This document shows, piece by piece, positions 11,003 through 21,427 of a stretch of DNA of 32,418 bases; position 1 is the stretch's first letter, and each line of letters starts with the position of its first letter. The translations under genes and the position numbers were made by a program. The stretch covers positions 1 through 32,418 of the forward strand of contig KZ539135.1 in NCBI GenBank assembly GCA_000934665.2, given 5' to 3'. The stretch is from Catajapyx aquilonaris (lineage: Eukaryota). The notes beneath the pieces are model-generated. The model saw only the letters and a list, made by a program, of their open reading frames with translations, did no database searches and was not told where the DNA came from.

Positions 11003-14000
11003 CTGTGGAGTAGAGCAACAAATGCATCAGGTTTGTGCATCAGTCAGGGCATAACACAATGAAGAAATCTTTAACCTCAACATACACTACTTCAGATATA
11101 AAGGCTATCAAACTCTGCACCTTTGCATTGCCAACTAAAGGCCGGTATCCACGTACGAGGTTTCTCGCATACGAGGAGCCAACTGCGCATGCCCGGATAC
11201 GAGGAAAAAGGAAAAGTTGACAATTTTCAACTTTAATCCCCTTTTCGAGGGACAAGAGGGGCCCTGAGGCGACAAAGAGTCCGTCTTGACGTACAAGTTT
11301 TCTCGCATAAGAGGACTCGCACGTCGATACCGGCCTCAACCACTTTGCAAACAGCGTAGGTTGGACTTAACTGACATATAATTCCTCAATACATGCTCTT
11401 CAATTAATTGCGCAACAAGATCATTGAAAACATCTTACCTGAGCTGGAATGCTGGCAAGTTTAGTACCCAATACGGGCAAAGGGCAATTCACAGAAGGGT
11501 TAATTGGGTAATCAAGGTCAACCAGAGGGTAGATCTCACCCAAGCTGAGATCCAGCCATTCGCCCAAATCCATGGCAAACATGGTGATCTGTGAACATAA
11601 AAATATGCAATTTTTCAGTATGTGGATGATGCTTATCAGCGAAATATTAACTGCCAGACATTCTTGCAGCTAATGAAGTTTGTCTGTTTGTAACTGTGTT
11701 GAGTTTCTGAATATCTGGGTAACTCATTCTGTAAGAACGACTGTAATTTCCAAATATTCATGCACTGACTGTGAAAGGCCAGTATATAAAACAAAAGTGA
11801 CCAGCAGCTCTAATGTGGGGTACTTGTCCAGTACAATAGATAAAATCAAAATTTTGCCCATATTTCAACTTACCTTCCCGGATCGATCTGGGTTGATGGT
11901 GGTGGGTGTCACTCGGCATGGCTTTTCCTCATCATCTTTAGTCAAACAAAATGCCAAGTAAACACCCCCCATGACCACTTGGTCCACAGGCTTGGCATTG
12001 TCATCCATTGAGCTGGCTACATAATCCACAAGCATGTCCACGTGGGCGCTGGGTCCCCTACAGGTGCGTATGTATATACGGCCATCGGACTGGGCGTTCA
12101 ACAGGACACACTCTGTGTCATCCTTTGTCTGCAAAATCCACATCAGAATACCAGGGAAAAAAAGTAAACAAGGAAAAACGCCAAGTGTTATCTCACTGTA
12201 TCGCTCTAAAAGACATGCATCATGGGTACCGTGGTTTCTCACTCATCCTGCATAAACATAAAACCTAGCTACCTACAGGATTTTCCAAAATTGAAATAAC
12301 TAGATTGATCTGTGTAAAAGCCTAAAGATCATCAATCATCAAATGCATCTCTTGTATTTAAAAATATTCTCCAACTATGCTTACCGTAAGAAGGGGATTA
12401 TGCGCCAATAGTGAAGTCAAGATTTCCGTAATGATCTTGCCATTAATGTGCACATCCTCGGTACCACTTGTATCAATGAGGCTCACGCAGGTCACCTCAT
12501 CCTCTTCACTGCCCTCGTTGATGAGATATTCATTGCCTGGCTGAGGCATAGCTAGCAGCGATCGATACAATTTGCAGTATTCATCCAATGCAGTTTGTGC
12601 AATGCTTGAATCTGCAAACCAGGACAGGCCGTACAGGTGGAAATTGACAGCCTGAAAGAATAAGAAACAGCACCTTTCCTTCAAATTTATTCCTGCAGTA
12701 CCGTTTTCCTCCTATCATTTATCACTAGATGCCTGTGGAAGGCAACAACAACCCCAAACACATTAGCAGTATGCTTACATGGCAATTTAATGTTGAACCT
12801 GGCCTATACCCTGCATTTCTCTCACCATCACGACCACCATATTTTTAATTAACACTGTTATTGTATCAAAAGGTTACACTATGTCACCTCAGTATTACCT
12901 GATAAGGAAGCTGAAGAAATTTCCCCTGTATCCTCCGCAGTTGCGATACAGAAAACTCCTCCACAGAACCATGGTCCACCAGGTAGCAGAGGCAATTTAC
13001 CCTGCTTTCCTCCCTTCCATCTTCTTCCCCTACTCGAACAAGATCCACTCTGTAGCAGGTTGGGCTATCAATAACTACGTATGGGTCATGCTCAACCAAT
13101 TCTTCCACAGTTATGGGAACCAAATATCCCTCATCACCACCAGTGGCACCATTTCCTTCCACTGCACCCAGGTAAAACCTCTCCATCTCCTTCATAAGAT
13201 CGGCTAACCTGCAACAGAACACAAAATATCACCTTGGACCCCAGCAGTTTAATTGAAATATTGGCATTGATAAGGACATATTCTGAATTGGTAAAACAAT
13301 GTAACTATGGCAGACCTCCAAATTTTGACTCACTTGTCATTGTGATCCTTCCCAACGAATCGGATTGCAACCTCACACCCACTGATCATCTCCGTAACTA
13401 ACACATCGTAGCCTGAATCCGACATTTCACTGGGTGGTGGAACTTCCAGTTGAGGTGGCAACTGATCAGTGGCATCTGGCTCACCACTTCCGCCATGGTC
13501 CTGGGGGATGTAGTTGATGATGTAAATGTTTGCAGCTGCTGCGATGACACTGAAGCAGGAAGATTTGCTTATCACATCTATCCAATTATCAGGTAGATCT
13601 TCCTTAAACAGAATGGCATAATCTCTCTCTAGGTAGTCCTTGAACACTCCTCTGCTATGCTTAGAGAGCAGAGACTTCAGCTGTTTGAGGAGCAGCTCAG
13701 TGGTGGATGTCTTAGGAAGAACAGGTCGAGCAAGAATCCTCTCCTTGGTTCCCTCCATTGCCCGCTGGCAGGTCACTTTTTCTGCCTCCTCAAGTGATTT
13801 GAAATCCTCTCCATATGAAGAGTACTTCTCGCTACCTATTGTCACCAACACCAAGTACCGGTGCCTGCATGAAAAATTCAAGATGAGACATTCAAGAACG
13901 GCAAGAACTGCAAAAGCCTGTTAGCAGGAGGCAACACTTGCAAACACACATAATTTCATCTCATCCTGAATACGACAACATACCATGGATTACCGGCTTC

Positions 14001-16146
14001 GATGTGTTTGACTGTCACTTCTCCAAGATCATACTTGCGGGCATGGGCCACCAGCATGGCCCTAGCAGAGGTGCCCATGATGGCTTCAGCAGGGGCATCT
14101 ACAACCCTTTTAATTGGAGTAGCGATCTTTGGAAAGGAATTTGGCACAGCATTTGAACTTCCAGCTGAGTCAGCAGGTGGCCTAACGCTTTTCGACACTG
14201 AGCCAACAGCACAGCTGTTGGGGACGGCAGGGGTCTGAGCAGGAGGGATGAACTGAGGCACGGCACTTTGGTTCTGGACTGTGGCAATGAATGACTTCTG
14301 GTCAGTAGCAGAATGAGGCATCAGGGGAAGAGCTTGCATACTAGTGGGTTGGGCACTAGGTACAACTTTAGGATAGATAGCCACTTCCTCCTTAGCAGGA
14401 ACACATTTCTGGCCTATCTCGACCCTTCCAAACTCTCCATTCAGCTGAGCAGAAGCGAAATCATTTTTAGTAGCAGTCACCTGTCGAGCCTCATCTTCCC
14501 CACTGCCAGGGAAGGTCACCTCAAATACGTAGAAAAGACACCTCATCAGACAAGGGGGAAAAAAACATTTCATCAGATTACCCCTAAAATATTAATAGCA
14601 TTGTCCATATGCAAGAGGTTGTTTTCCACCCAACATTAGTATCAATTTTGTCATAAAATGGGACATTACCTTTACTTGTTGCAAAGCATCACATGCCTCC
14701 ATCTGACCGTTTTCACCTTCATCTTCCTGAGCGTATGAATCTTGCCCGGAATGGAGATCTTCCTCCACACTGCTCTCATCCGCTTGCAAGATTCCTACAG
14801 GGTGCTTTGAAACTGTACCCTCTAAAACTTCATTCATGCTACGCAGTGGTACTTCTGGGGAATATTCAGTAAGAACATCTAAAATGACACCCAGAAAAGG
14901 TCGTAAAGTGTGGCATCCACATACAATATCGAGGGTGAAAGATCAGAAGGGCCTATCACCCATTTGTTAACATTGGTTCATACGCCCTTCTGATCTTTCA
15001 CCCTTGATATCCATAGTGAATGTGAGATACATGGCAGATCTACATTGTGCCTGCTCTTGGCAATACATTTTGATGGGTTTGCCATCATTATCATCAGATT
15101 GTGTGGATGGTCCATCAAATCAGTAGCATTCATTCATCCAATATGTAAGTACTGTACATACTTCTCTATGTAATATTATCTTTAATGGACTACCTCCTGC
15201 CATTCTGTACAGGAGAAATAAAGCAAATTGGCATGCTTTCAAGATTTTAAATATTTTAAATCCAATTTTACAAAGTGACGAACAAGCAGGATCTTATGTG
15301 AGTTACTGTGTTTCATCACAGTGAATCATGACATCCAGGATCACTGCCAGGCAAGTCACAACACCTTAAAACCCCTTCGCTACCAGCTAGGCCAAAAACG
15401 CCTATATTTTATATTACGTGTATGTACTCTGAAGGACAAAATATTTCACAAATAATAGCAGACACACTTACATGTTCATGCAAAACACTATGAAGGTATT
15501 GGGAACGATAAATTTTCCTCATACAGAAGTCCATAAATTAGTTTTTAAAGATATCCCTGTAAAAACTCAAGACTCAAGTACTATACTGACCAACTGTTAG
15601 GCTGCTTTAATTATGAAAGACATGAAAACAGAGGGAACGTCTACCTTGAGAATCATGCCAGGTGAATTTGCAGAAATCATTGGGCGTAATAAATTTGGGA
15701 GTTTTCCGAAGTGCCAGCAAGCCACAGATAGGAATTAATTTAATTCTCAAGTACAAGGGTTGATTCATAAGTCGTGACATGATTTTTTTAAATTCAAAAA
15801 CGGTTTGTTCCCAACACATGCATGGTGTTTTCCATGAAGGGTTAAGTATAACTGAATTATTATTTGTAAAATATCTTGTCCTTATCTTCAGAGTACAAGT
15901 AATCGAAAATCAAGGCACTTTCAGCCTAGCTGGCAGCGAAGGGGTTAATTGCTTACTCTGAGCCTCTGTCATCCTCCTGGTCCACTGCTCCATCCTGCTC
16001 ATGGTCCCGTCCATACTCTTCATCCAGCTCTCCATTCTGCTCATCCTCTCATCCATCTGCTTCATCCATGGTTCCATCATGCTCCTGCACCCATCCATCA
16101 CCGCCTTCTTCACTGCCTCCAGACTGCTTCCTTCGGCAGGATTCAT
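10790..16146 (-). CDS. Spliced TDRD7/Tapas-like protein (dsRBD-like + LOTUS + 2 extended Tudor), ~886 aa
   Basis: Exons 16146-15957, 14878-14670, 14519-13984, 13864-13334, 13208-12899, 12651-12385, 12128-11874, 11588-11439, 11002-10790, all GT-AG with consistent phases and no internal stops. The first exon and ATG are less certain. Similarity to TDRD7 is by motif recognition; orthology is not established. Confidence 0.8.
11139..11336. mobile_element. PIF/Harbinger-like MITE in Tudor-gene intron
   Basis: TIR AGGCCGGTATC(C/G)ACGT(A/G)CGAG; flanks TAA/CAA (imperfect 3-bp TSD). Confidence 0.7.
11439..11588 (-). CDS. Tudor-gene exon 8 (not in ORF track)
   Basis: ttcacag|ATCACC...GCTCAG|gtaaga; 50 codons ITMFAMDLGEWLDLSLGEIYPL...KLASIPAQ (Tudor xxDxG and LPAQ motifs). 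Confidence 0.85.
11874..12128 (-). CDS. Tudor-gene exon 7 (start of second Tudor)
   Basis: ttttgcag|ACAAAG...GGGAAG|gtaagt; 85 codons. Confidence 0.85.
12385..12651 (-). CDS. Tudor-gene exon 6 (SN-like end of first Tudor)
   Basis: ttctttcag|GCTGTC...CTTACG|gtaagc; AVNFHLYGL...SLIDTSGTEDVHINGKI. Confidence 0.85.
12899..13208 (-). CDS. Tudor-gene exon 5 (first Tudor core)
   Basis: gttgcag|GTTAGCC...TATCAG|gtaata; LMKEMERFY...CYRV...CYLVDHGSVE...FLQLPYQ. Confidence 0.9.
13334..13864 (-). CDS. Tudor-gene exon 4 (dsRBD-like C-half, LOTUS/OST-HTH, Tudor start)
   Basis: YLVLVTIGSEKYSSY..FKSLEEAEKVTCQRA (dsRBD-like); LKSLLSKHSRGVFKDYLERDYAILFKEDLPDNWID (LOTUS); YDVLVTEM...IRFVG; canonical splice sites. 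Confidence 0.9.
13984..14519 (-). CDS. Tudor-gene exon 3 (Pro/Ala/Ser-rich linker, dsRBD helix 1)
   Basis: tatttgag|GTGACC...CCATG|gtatgt; ends SARAMLVAHARKYDLGEVTVKHI. Confidence 0.8.
14670..14878 (-). CDS. Tudor-gene exon 2 (acidic, low complexity)
   Basis: cattttag|ATGTTC...GTAAAG|gtaatg; phase 1 in, phase 0 out, consistent with neighbours. Confidence 0.75.
14926..15010. repeat. 85-bp hairpin (tiny MITE-like inverted repeat) in intron
   Basis: ATATCGAGGGTGAAAGATCAGAAGGGC ... GCCCTTCTGATCTTTCACCCTTGATAT, 27-bp arms with one mismatch. Confidence 0.8.
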
Positions 16147-16162
16147 CTTTCCAGCGACTTGT
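15957..16162 (-). CDS. Probable first coding exon of the Tudor gene: Met-rich heptad coiled coil
   Basis: acttaccag|ACAAG..ATG(16146)...CAGA|gtaagc; MKQMDER MSRMESW MKSMDGT MSRMEQW; phase-1 donor matches the exon 2 acceptor. Confidence 0.6.
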
Positions 16163-16985
16163 CTGGTAAGTGGAGAATATAGTGTTACTTATAGGTGGTC
16201 TACATTACCTCTCCACTAACGAGACTTTTTCTGATGTGATCTGGAGTGGACCACGTGTTTCGACAACACGCAGCACAGAGTATTCAGGACTACCTTATTC
16301 TCACATCTCATGAATCGAAGTACTGTCAGGGAGTCAGGGACAAAAGTAATGAGCCCATGAGGCACAAGGGAGGTACAGTCAGATTCTATACCCTCACAAG
16401 TTGTAACCATATTAAAACACCACTATAAACCAATGATGTTAGTAATTACAATTGGCATGTTTCAAGGTAGGCAACAAGCATTGCTGGAAACAACCTCACG
16501 ATTATAGGCTATTACGCTATTAATGACTGAAAATTGGTGGTGTGCCACNCCCCCCCCCCAATAAGGACATTGTTCTCTCTATTACAGGGTAAAATTAATT
16601 TAATTTAATTTTAAAATAACTGAAAACATGAGACATACTAGCATTGCAGCTGTCTAATATTAATTGTAGTTAATTCCAATAGTACTTCTGTGGCATGTCA
16701 CCAAACACCTATTTACTATGAAAATTGGGCATCGCAGCAGGATATTTCAATTCCACTGTAAGATATTTTATTGTACCGTACCGTACCTTCCAATACAATG
16801 GACAAGTAGCATCAAACTCCAGTTCAACCGTAACCAATGTGACTATGCCCCAGTTTTGCAATGTTACAATTTTGGTTTCTTTCAGAGAACAAGATAATTT
16901 TGATACACAACTGAATGGGTAACCCTGTGTTTCATAATCATCACACAGAAAAAAACATTGTATGCCTACAAATCCTAGGTATGTA

Positions 16986-17163
16986 CTATTAACCGCAAAA
17001 GTAGTGTTGTCGCACTGTTATGTGATGCAGTGACTTGTTTAGCATGGGTTGTGGATTCCGGAATGTAGCCAAATTAACATCCGTAACTCGGCAACGCCCA
17101 TGCTAAACAACAAGTCGCGGAAGCCATCACATAACAGCGCGGCATTACTTTTGCGGTTAATAG
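16986..17163. mobile_element. Small palindromic MITE (178 bp), TA duplication
   Basis: TA|CTATTAACCGCAAAAGTA ... TACTTTTGCGGTTAATAG|TA; imperfect arms extend ~65 bp. Confidence 0.8.
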
Positions 17164-17599
17164 TACAAGTCAAAACATCTTCAAACGCCTTCATTGCGGG
17201 AGCAGTGACATTCTTCACAAGTTACCTTCCAATACCATGATGTTATAGTATAGGCTACATAGTTAATCGCACATGTTCAATAGAAATATAATAGAATCAC
17301 ACATGCAATGCAAAATATCAATGTATGCTAATTTGCAAAACATTTTTGGTACTGTACTTTTCTCAGCTTACCCAAAAGCAGTGACTCAAAACTATGCAAA
17401 AATGTTTCCAGGCCAGTCGATGAGAGAACTTTTTCCTCCGCAGTCTTAGCCCACTTTCTCACTTCAGCCTGACGCCGTGCCTGGAGTGGAGTGGCCCTTG
17501 AGGCAGGCAACAACCCCCTGGCAGCGAACAGCCCAGAAATTACAGTCAAAATTACGTGATGCAATCAGTTGCGATTAGTTTCCTGCAATTAGAACAAAA

Positions 17600-17985
17600 A
17601 CCACCCTTCCATCGAACATGCAATGGTGCCAACAGATTCTTCGCCGTTTGGAAACACTGGAAAGGTGGAAGGAACGAACCGGAACGAACCGGTGAGGCGT
17701 GAATCGCAATGCGCCCAGTTGGACATGATTCGAATCTGTTGCAAATTATTCAGAAAGTAATGGACCAAGGACCAAGAATAACCAGCGCTGAACCAGCGGC
17801 ATGTGCCATGTGGGAAGAGGAACGAACCTTCGGCGGGAACGTGGGCGGGAACCAGCAACCAGGGAGTAAGCTATGGGAGTAAGGGACCTTACGTTGCCCG
17901 TGCGTTGCCTTACGCTAGTGTACCTTGTAGTGTACCTTCCCCCCGCCGCTGCGTCCAGCGCCAGCACGATTGTAAAATCCACGTA
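17600..17985. promoter_or_regulatory. CpG-rich segment between divergent transcription units; candidate bidirectional promoter (or TE remnant)
   Basis: Elevated CpG, GGAACGAACC three times; lies between the minus Tudor gene (possible 5' exon with donor at ~17370) and the plus SGNH exon. Positional inference only. Confidence 0.3.
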
Positions 17986-18223
17986 ATGTCAAATATATGT
18001 AACTTTAAAATACCGTGTCCCAGAATATCAAATGTGATATTTAAAGTGGAGGTATAACAGCAGTCAGGAATTTTTGCTTATATTCCGTGTCAATTAAGGT
18101 AGTGTCAATTAAGTGTCAATTACAGCCGGGCACCTTCTAGCGGGAGGAAGTCAAAGTTCTTTTCATGACTGAAGTGAGATGACTGTGAGACACGCTGTTG
18201 GTCACTTGCTCACTTCTCTACAG

Positions 18224-18534
18224 GATCCGAGAGCTGAACCCCTACTGCTCGGTTTATGTTTCATCCGTTTTGCCAAGGGGCTTAAATGGCTTTCTTCCCA
18301 AGAAGGACTTGGAGAAGGACACTGCACGAGTGGACCTGCTGAACGGTCGTGCATGGGTCCTGAACTGCGGGCTGCAAGACCTCTGCCATTCGTTTACGGA
18401 TGTTCACTATGTCAACAGTCAACCTGTGACCAGCCTATGAAGGACGGAGGCACTTGCTCTCCAAGATGACCTGCATCTGAGCCCTGCTGGCGTGGAAGTG
18501 ATGGCTGGCCATATCCGCTCTGTTGTCCGACATG
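18224..18534 (+). pseudogene. Disrupted exon encoding the C-terminal half of an SGNH/GDSL-hydrolase-like domain
   Basis: ctctacag|G...CATG|gtgagt; IRELNPYCSVYVSSVLPR...LN..L..LC....HYVN then DDLHLSPAGVEVMAGHI (block V DxxH); TGA at 18438-18440, probably from compensating frameshifts. Confidence 0.7.
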
Positions 18535-18957
18535 GTGAGTAAATTTTCATCACTTTTAGAATGGAAGGTGCATGTTGAGATGGATATTCCAATTGAGACT
18601 GCAATGATTATTATAAAGCTGGCTTATTTACCTGGAAGGCTACTTCACAGCTGGATTGTGTTGATCTTTAAGAATGTTTTCCATCCTGTTTTGCAGTAAA
18701 CACACCACCAGCTGGGGCCAGTTTTGTGGAAATGGTCTAAATTTGGAAAGGTCACTAGGATTCGTGGTGCATTCACTCAGGCTAAAAATAATGTAGTTTT
18801 GCACGTATCATGGTACTACACTTGAAATTAATAATGATACTTTTGTGTTACATTCGAGAATACGTGTTCTCCTAGTGAAACATTCAAGGTTTTGGGGAAT
18901 TTCCCATATCACTGCATCTCCGGTGCATTCACAACTAATGCCCCTTTTCCCCATAAG

Positions 18958-20098
18958 GTGGTTCGACGTCAACAGCACCGGAAGACGCACCCTGCGGTTT
19001 CATCTGGAACCCCTCCATCTCCAGAGAGCGCATGCATCTGCAGGATTTGTCCCTGTTCATGACGAACAGGGTGGTGAGCGATGTTGTGTTGAGGACCACG
19101 GGAGGGAGGGTTGGCGTCGTGTGGGGCGTGGTCATGGTGGGGAGGGAGGGAAGGTTCCTTATTCTTCTGCTCAGGGAAGGTTCCCGTACCGAACCCTTTC
19201 TTCGGTGCCTCCTCAACCCACTCCTGTTCAGGCTCGAGTTTCCAAGCCCACCCAGATACCTGCCCGCCACCTTCCAACTCGAGTTGCCCAACGTCGTGAG
19301 GATCCTATCCTGATCCCTGGTCCAGTAGAAGCTCCAGCTGTCATCTTGGTCCCTCTTGCTTCCCGTCGGGTCAGGTGTTACCCTACCCAGATCTTCCGTC
19401 GCCGAAGGAGTCCTGCTCCTTGTCACCAGCCTTCTGCTGGAATCCCTGCTCCTGTTGTCATTTGTGCAGTTGGCCCTGCCCCAAGGGTTGTTCCCCCAAA
19501 TCCAGCCCCTTTATCCAGCAATCATGATGATGCTTCCCCATCTACCAGACCTCTCTCCAACCCTGAGCAGCCGTCTAGCCCTGATGATGTGTTACCATCT
19601 ATTTCTCCCTGCAGGTTGTGGGCAGGATTTCGAAACCCACCACCACCACCACCACCACCAGCAGTCCTTGCAATTCAACCTTCACCCACCCCTCTTTCTC
19701 CAGCGAGAAGTTTCAGCCCTCTCTCACTTCCTCCTCAACCTAGGTCTTTTCCCATGCGAACTGTCATTTCTTCAAGTCATGCATGCTTCTCTGATGGAAA
19801 ATATTCTTGTGGATGCTTCTCTTCTGCTTCCTCCACTGCTGCCTCTCTTGTAGTTCCTAATGCCCAATCATCATCTAAGGATTTCGGCCAACTTGCTCCA
19901 CTCTCTCCCTGCAGCTTCTGGGCTAGATTCAGTAGATATCCACCTCCCCCCCCCCCTCCCCCACCACCTGGGATGTGTGCACAGTCTGCTCCTTCTGATG
20001 CAGCATTAGGTGAATGTCACCAGTCAAGCGAGGCGAAGAAAGATAATACATGGGGGAGGACCTCTTCAGGGTCAATTATTTGGCCAGTCTCCAACTGA
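18958..20098 (+). pseudogene. Pro/Ser-rich low-complexity linker exon, apparently frameshifted
   Basis: Acceptor ccccataag|G at 18957; long Pro-rich ORF with poly-Pro tracts; frame does not match the upstream donor or the downstream ZnF ORF. Confidence 0.45.
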
Positions 20099-21305
20099 AC
20101 AACCTACATCTTCAGGTCTCATCTCCAGTTATCCAAGGGTGTGTGGTAATTGCGACAGACAGTATCAGAATGTGAATTCTTTCAGGAAGCACCTAAAATA
20201 TAAATGTACAAAAAAATGTGCCTCTGTGTATCCGAAATTGTGCAGTAGTTGTGGCAAGCAGTACCGGTACTCAAATAAGCAATCTTTCAGCAGGCATCTG
20301 AAAAATAATTGCTGCTCAAGGTTAAGCACTTACAGCCATCAGCCAAACATTAGTTCTGGTAATAACAATATAACTACGTCAAATAGTGTTGCCTCCATAT
20401 ATCCAAGGCTGTGCGAGAGGTGTGGTAAGACATACCAGAATAAGAGTTCATATAGTGACCATATGAAAAAAAATCAATGCACTACTATGCTAAGCAATCA
20501 CTGCCCTCAGCTTGATAATAATATCTGTCCGAATGTTTCTGAAAGCCCACCCTCCACTATTAGTCAGAATGCTACAGAGATTGCAGTGCATGAAAATCAG
20601 TATGTGACACACCCGAGGGAACCTGTTGATGAGGTCCAGATTCTGAGGTTTGATTCATTTGATGAGTTCATGAAATGGAAGGCTGAGGAAGAAGAAACTA
20701 ATTACACATGTTACACTAAGCAGGGAGGTCGGAAGGAGAATGCTGGCATTTTCTATCACTATTATCAGTGCGTGTTTAATAGGAAAGAGCATGACACTCA
20801 TAGGAAGCGCACTGAGCCACCTCGTAAGTCAGAAAGGAGAAGCCGTAAAGGTTGGGTGTGTGTGGATCAACACTGCCCAGCTAAAATTAATGTACTTATG
20901 GATGGGGAGGGTTTAAGAGTGGTTTTTTTCAGAAACCACAATCACACAAACAAGCCAGAGAACATGCAGTACTTTCGACTCCCAAAAAGCATTAGGGCAT
21001 TTGTAATTAGTAAGCATGAGAGTAACATGACTCCTAAGCAAATTCTAAGAGAACTTCTGGGTGTTGCTGGAGACTTGGACAACCGGGACAATTTTCAGTA
21101 TACGCAAAGACATTTCGTTTCACTTCCAGACGTTATGAGAATAATTGCAGAACATGAGCCCCCTGTTCCTAAAGTTGCAGATTCCAAATCAGTGGCTGCC
21201 ATGGTGTTGGACCTTATGAATGGCTTCTGTGCTTTACGGACGCTAGTGTGCAGAATTACTACGGCAACCCGGTGGAGGTTTGGCCAGAAGCGCCAGTGTT
21301 TATAG
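20010..21305 (+). pseudogene. Three C2HC zinc fingers plus MULE-type WRKY/GCM1-like DNA-binding domain; catalytic DDE domain absent
   Basis: YPxxCxxC(12-14)HxKxxC three times; FDSFDEFMKWKAEEE...YYQC...CPAKINV...HNH...RLPKSIR resembles arthropod MULE transposase N-termini; similarity stops near 21220. Confidence 0.65.
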
Positions 21306-21427
21306 ACGATGGACCAGCTTCGTTCGTTCCTGTGCAGAAGATTGAATCACTCGTTGTTTACTCGCACGTGAAAGTGAGAGGACGTCAAGGCATTGCCATA
21401 TGTGCCAGAAAAATGAGTGACATCTAA
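21248..21427 (+). pseudogene. Possible CACTA/EnSpm-type transposase C-terminal tail
   Basis: Unlisted frame VQNYYGNPVEVWPEAPVFIDDGPASFVPVQKIESLVVY...MSDI*, resembling the G.PVEVW...F...G..SF.PV..I ending I recall for animal CACTA-like transposases. Confidence 0.45.

Noticed and set aside
11040..11339. 99-aa minus ORF as an additional Tudor-gene exon
   Set aside because: Mostly a Harbinger-like MITE; exons 11439 and 11002 already join as IPAQ|AIEC.
17328..17564. Upstream coding exon of the Tudor gene
   Set aside because: Its donor at ~17370 is phase 1 in the listed frame whereas the 16162 acceptor needs phase 2; at most a 5' UTR exon.
13334..18534. oskar gene (LOTUS + SGNH)
   Set aside because: The two domains are on opposite strands and diverge; the LOTUS is embedded in a Tudor gene and the SGNH exon is disrupted.
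18935..19853. Overlapping antisense and alternate-frame ORFs (163 aa minus, 165 aa His-run)
   Set aside because: Expected shadows of GC-rich, Pro-rich low-complexity sequence; no recognisable motifs.
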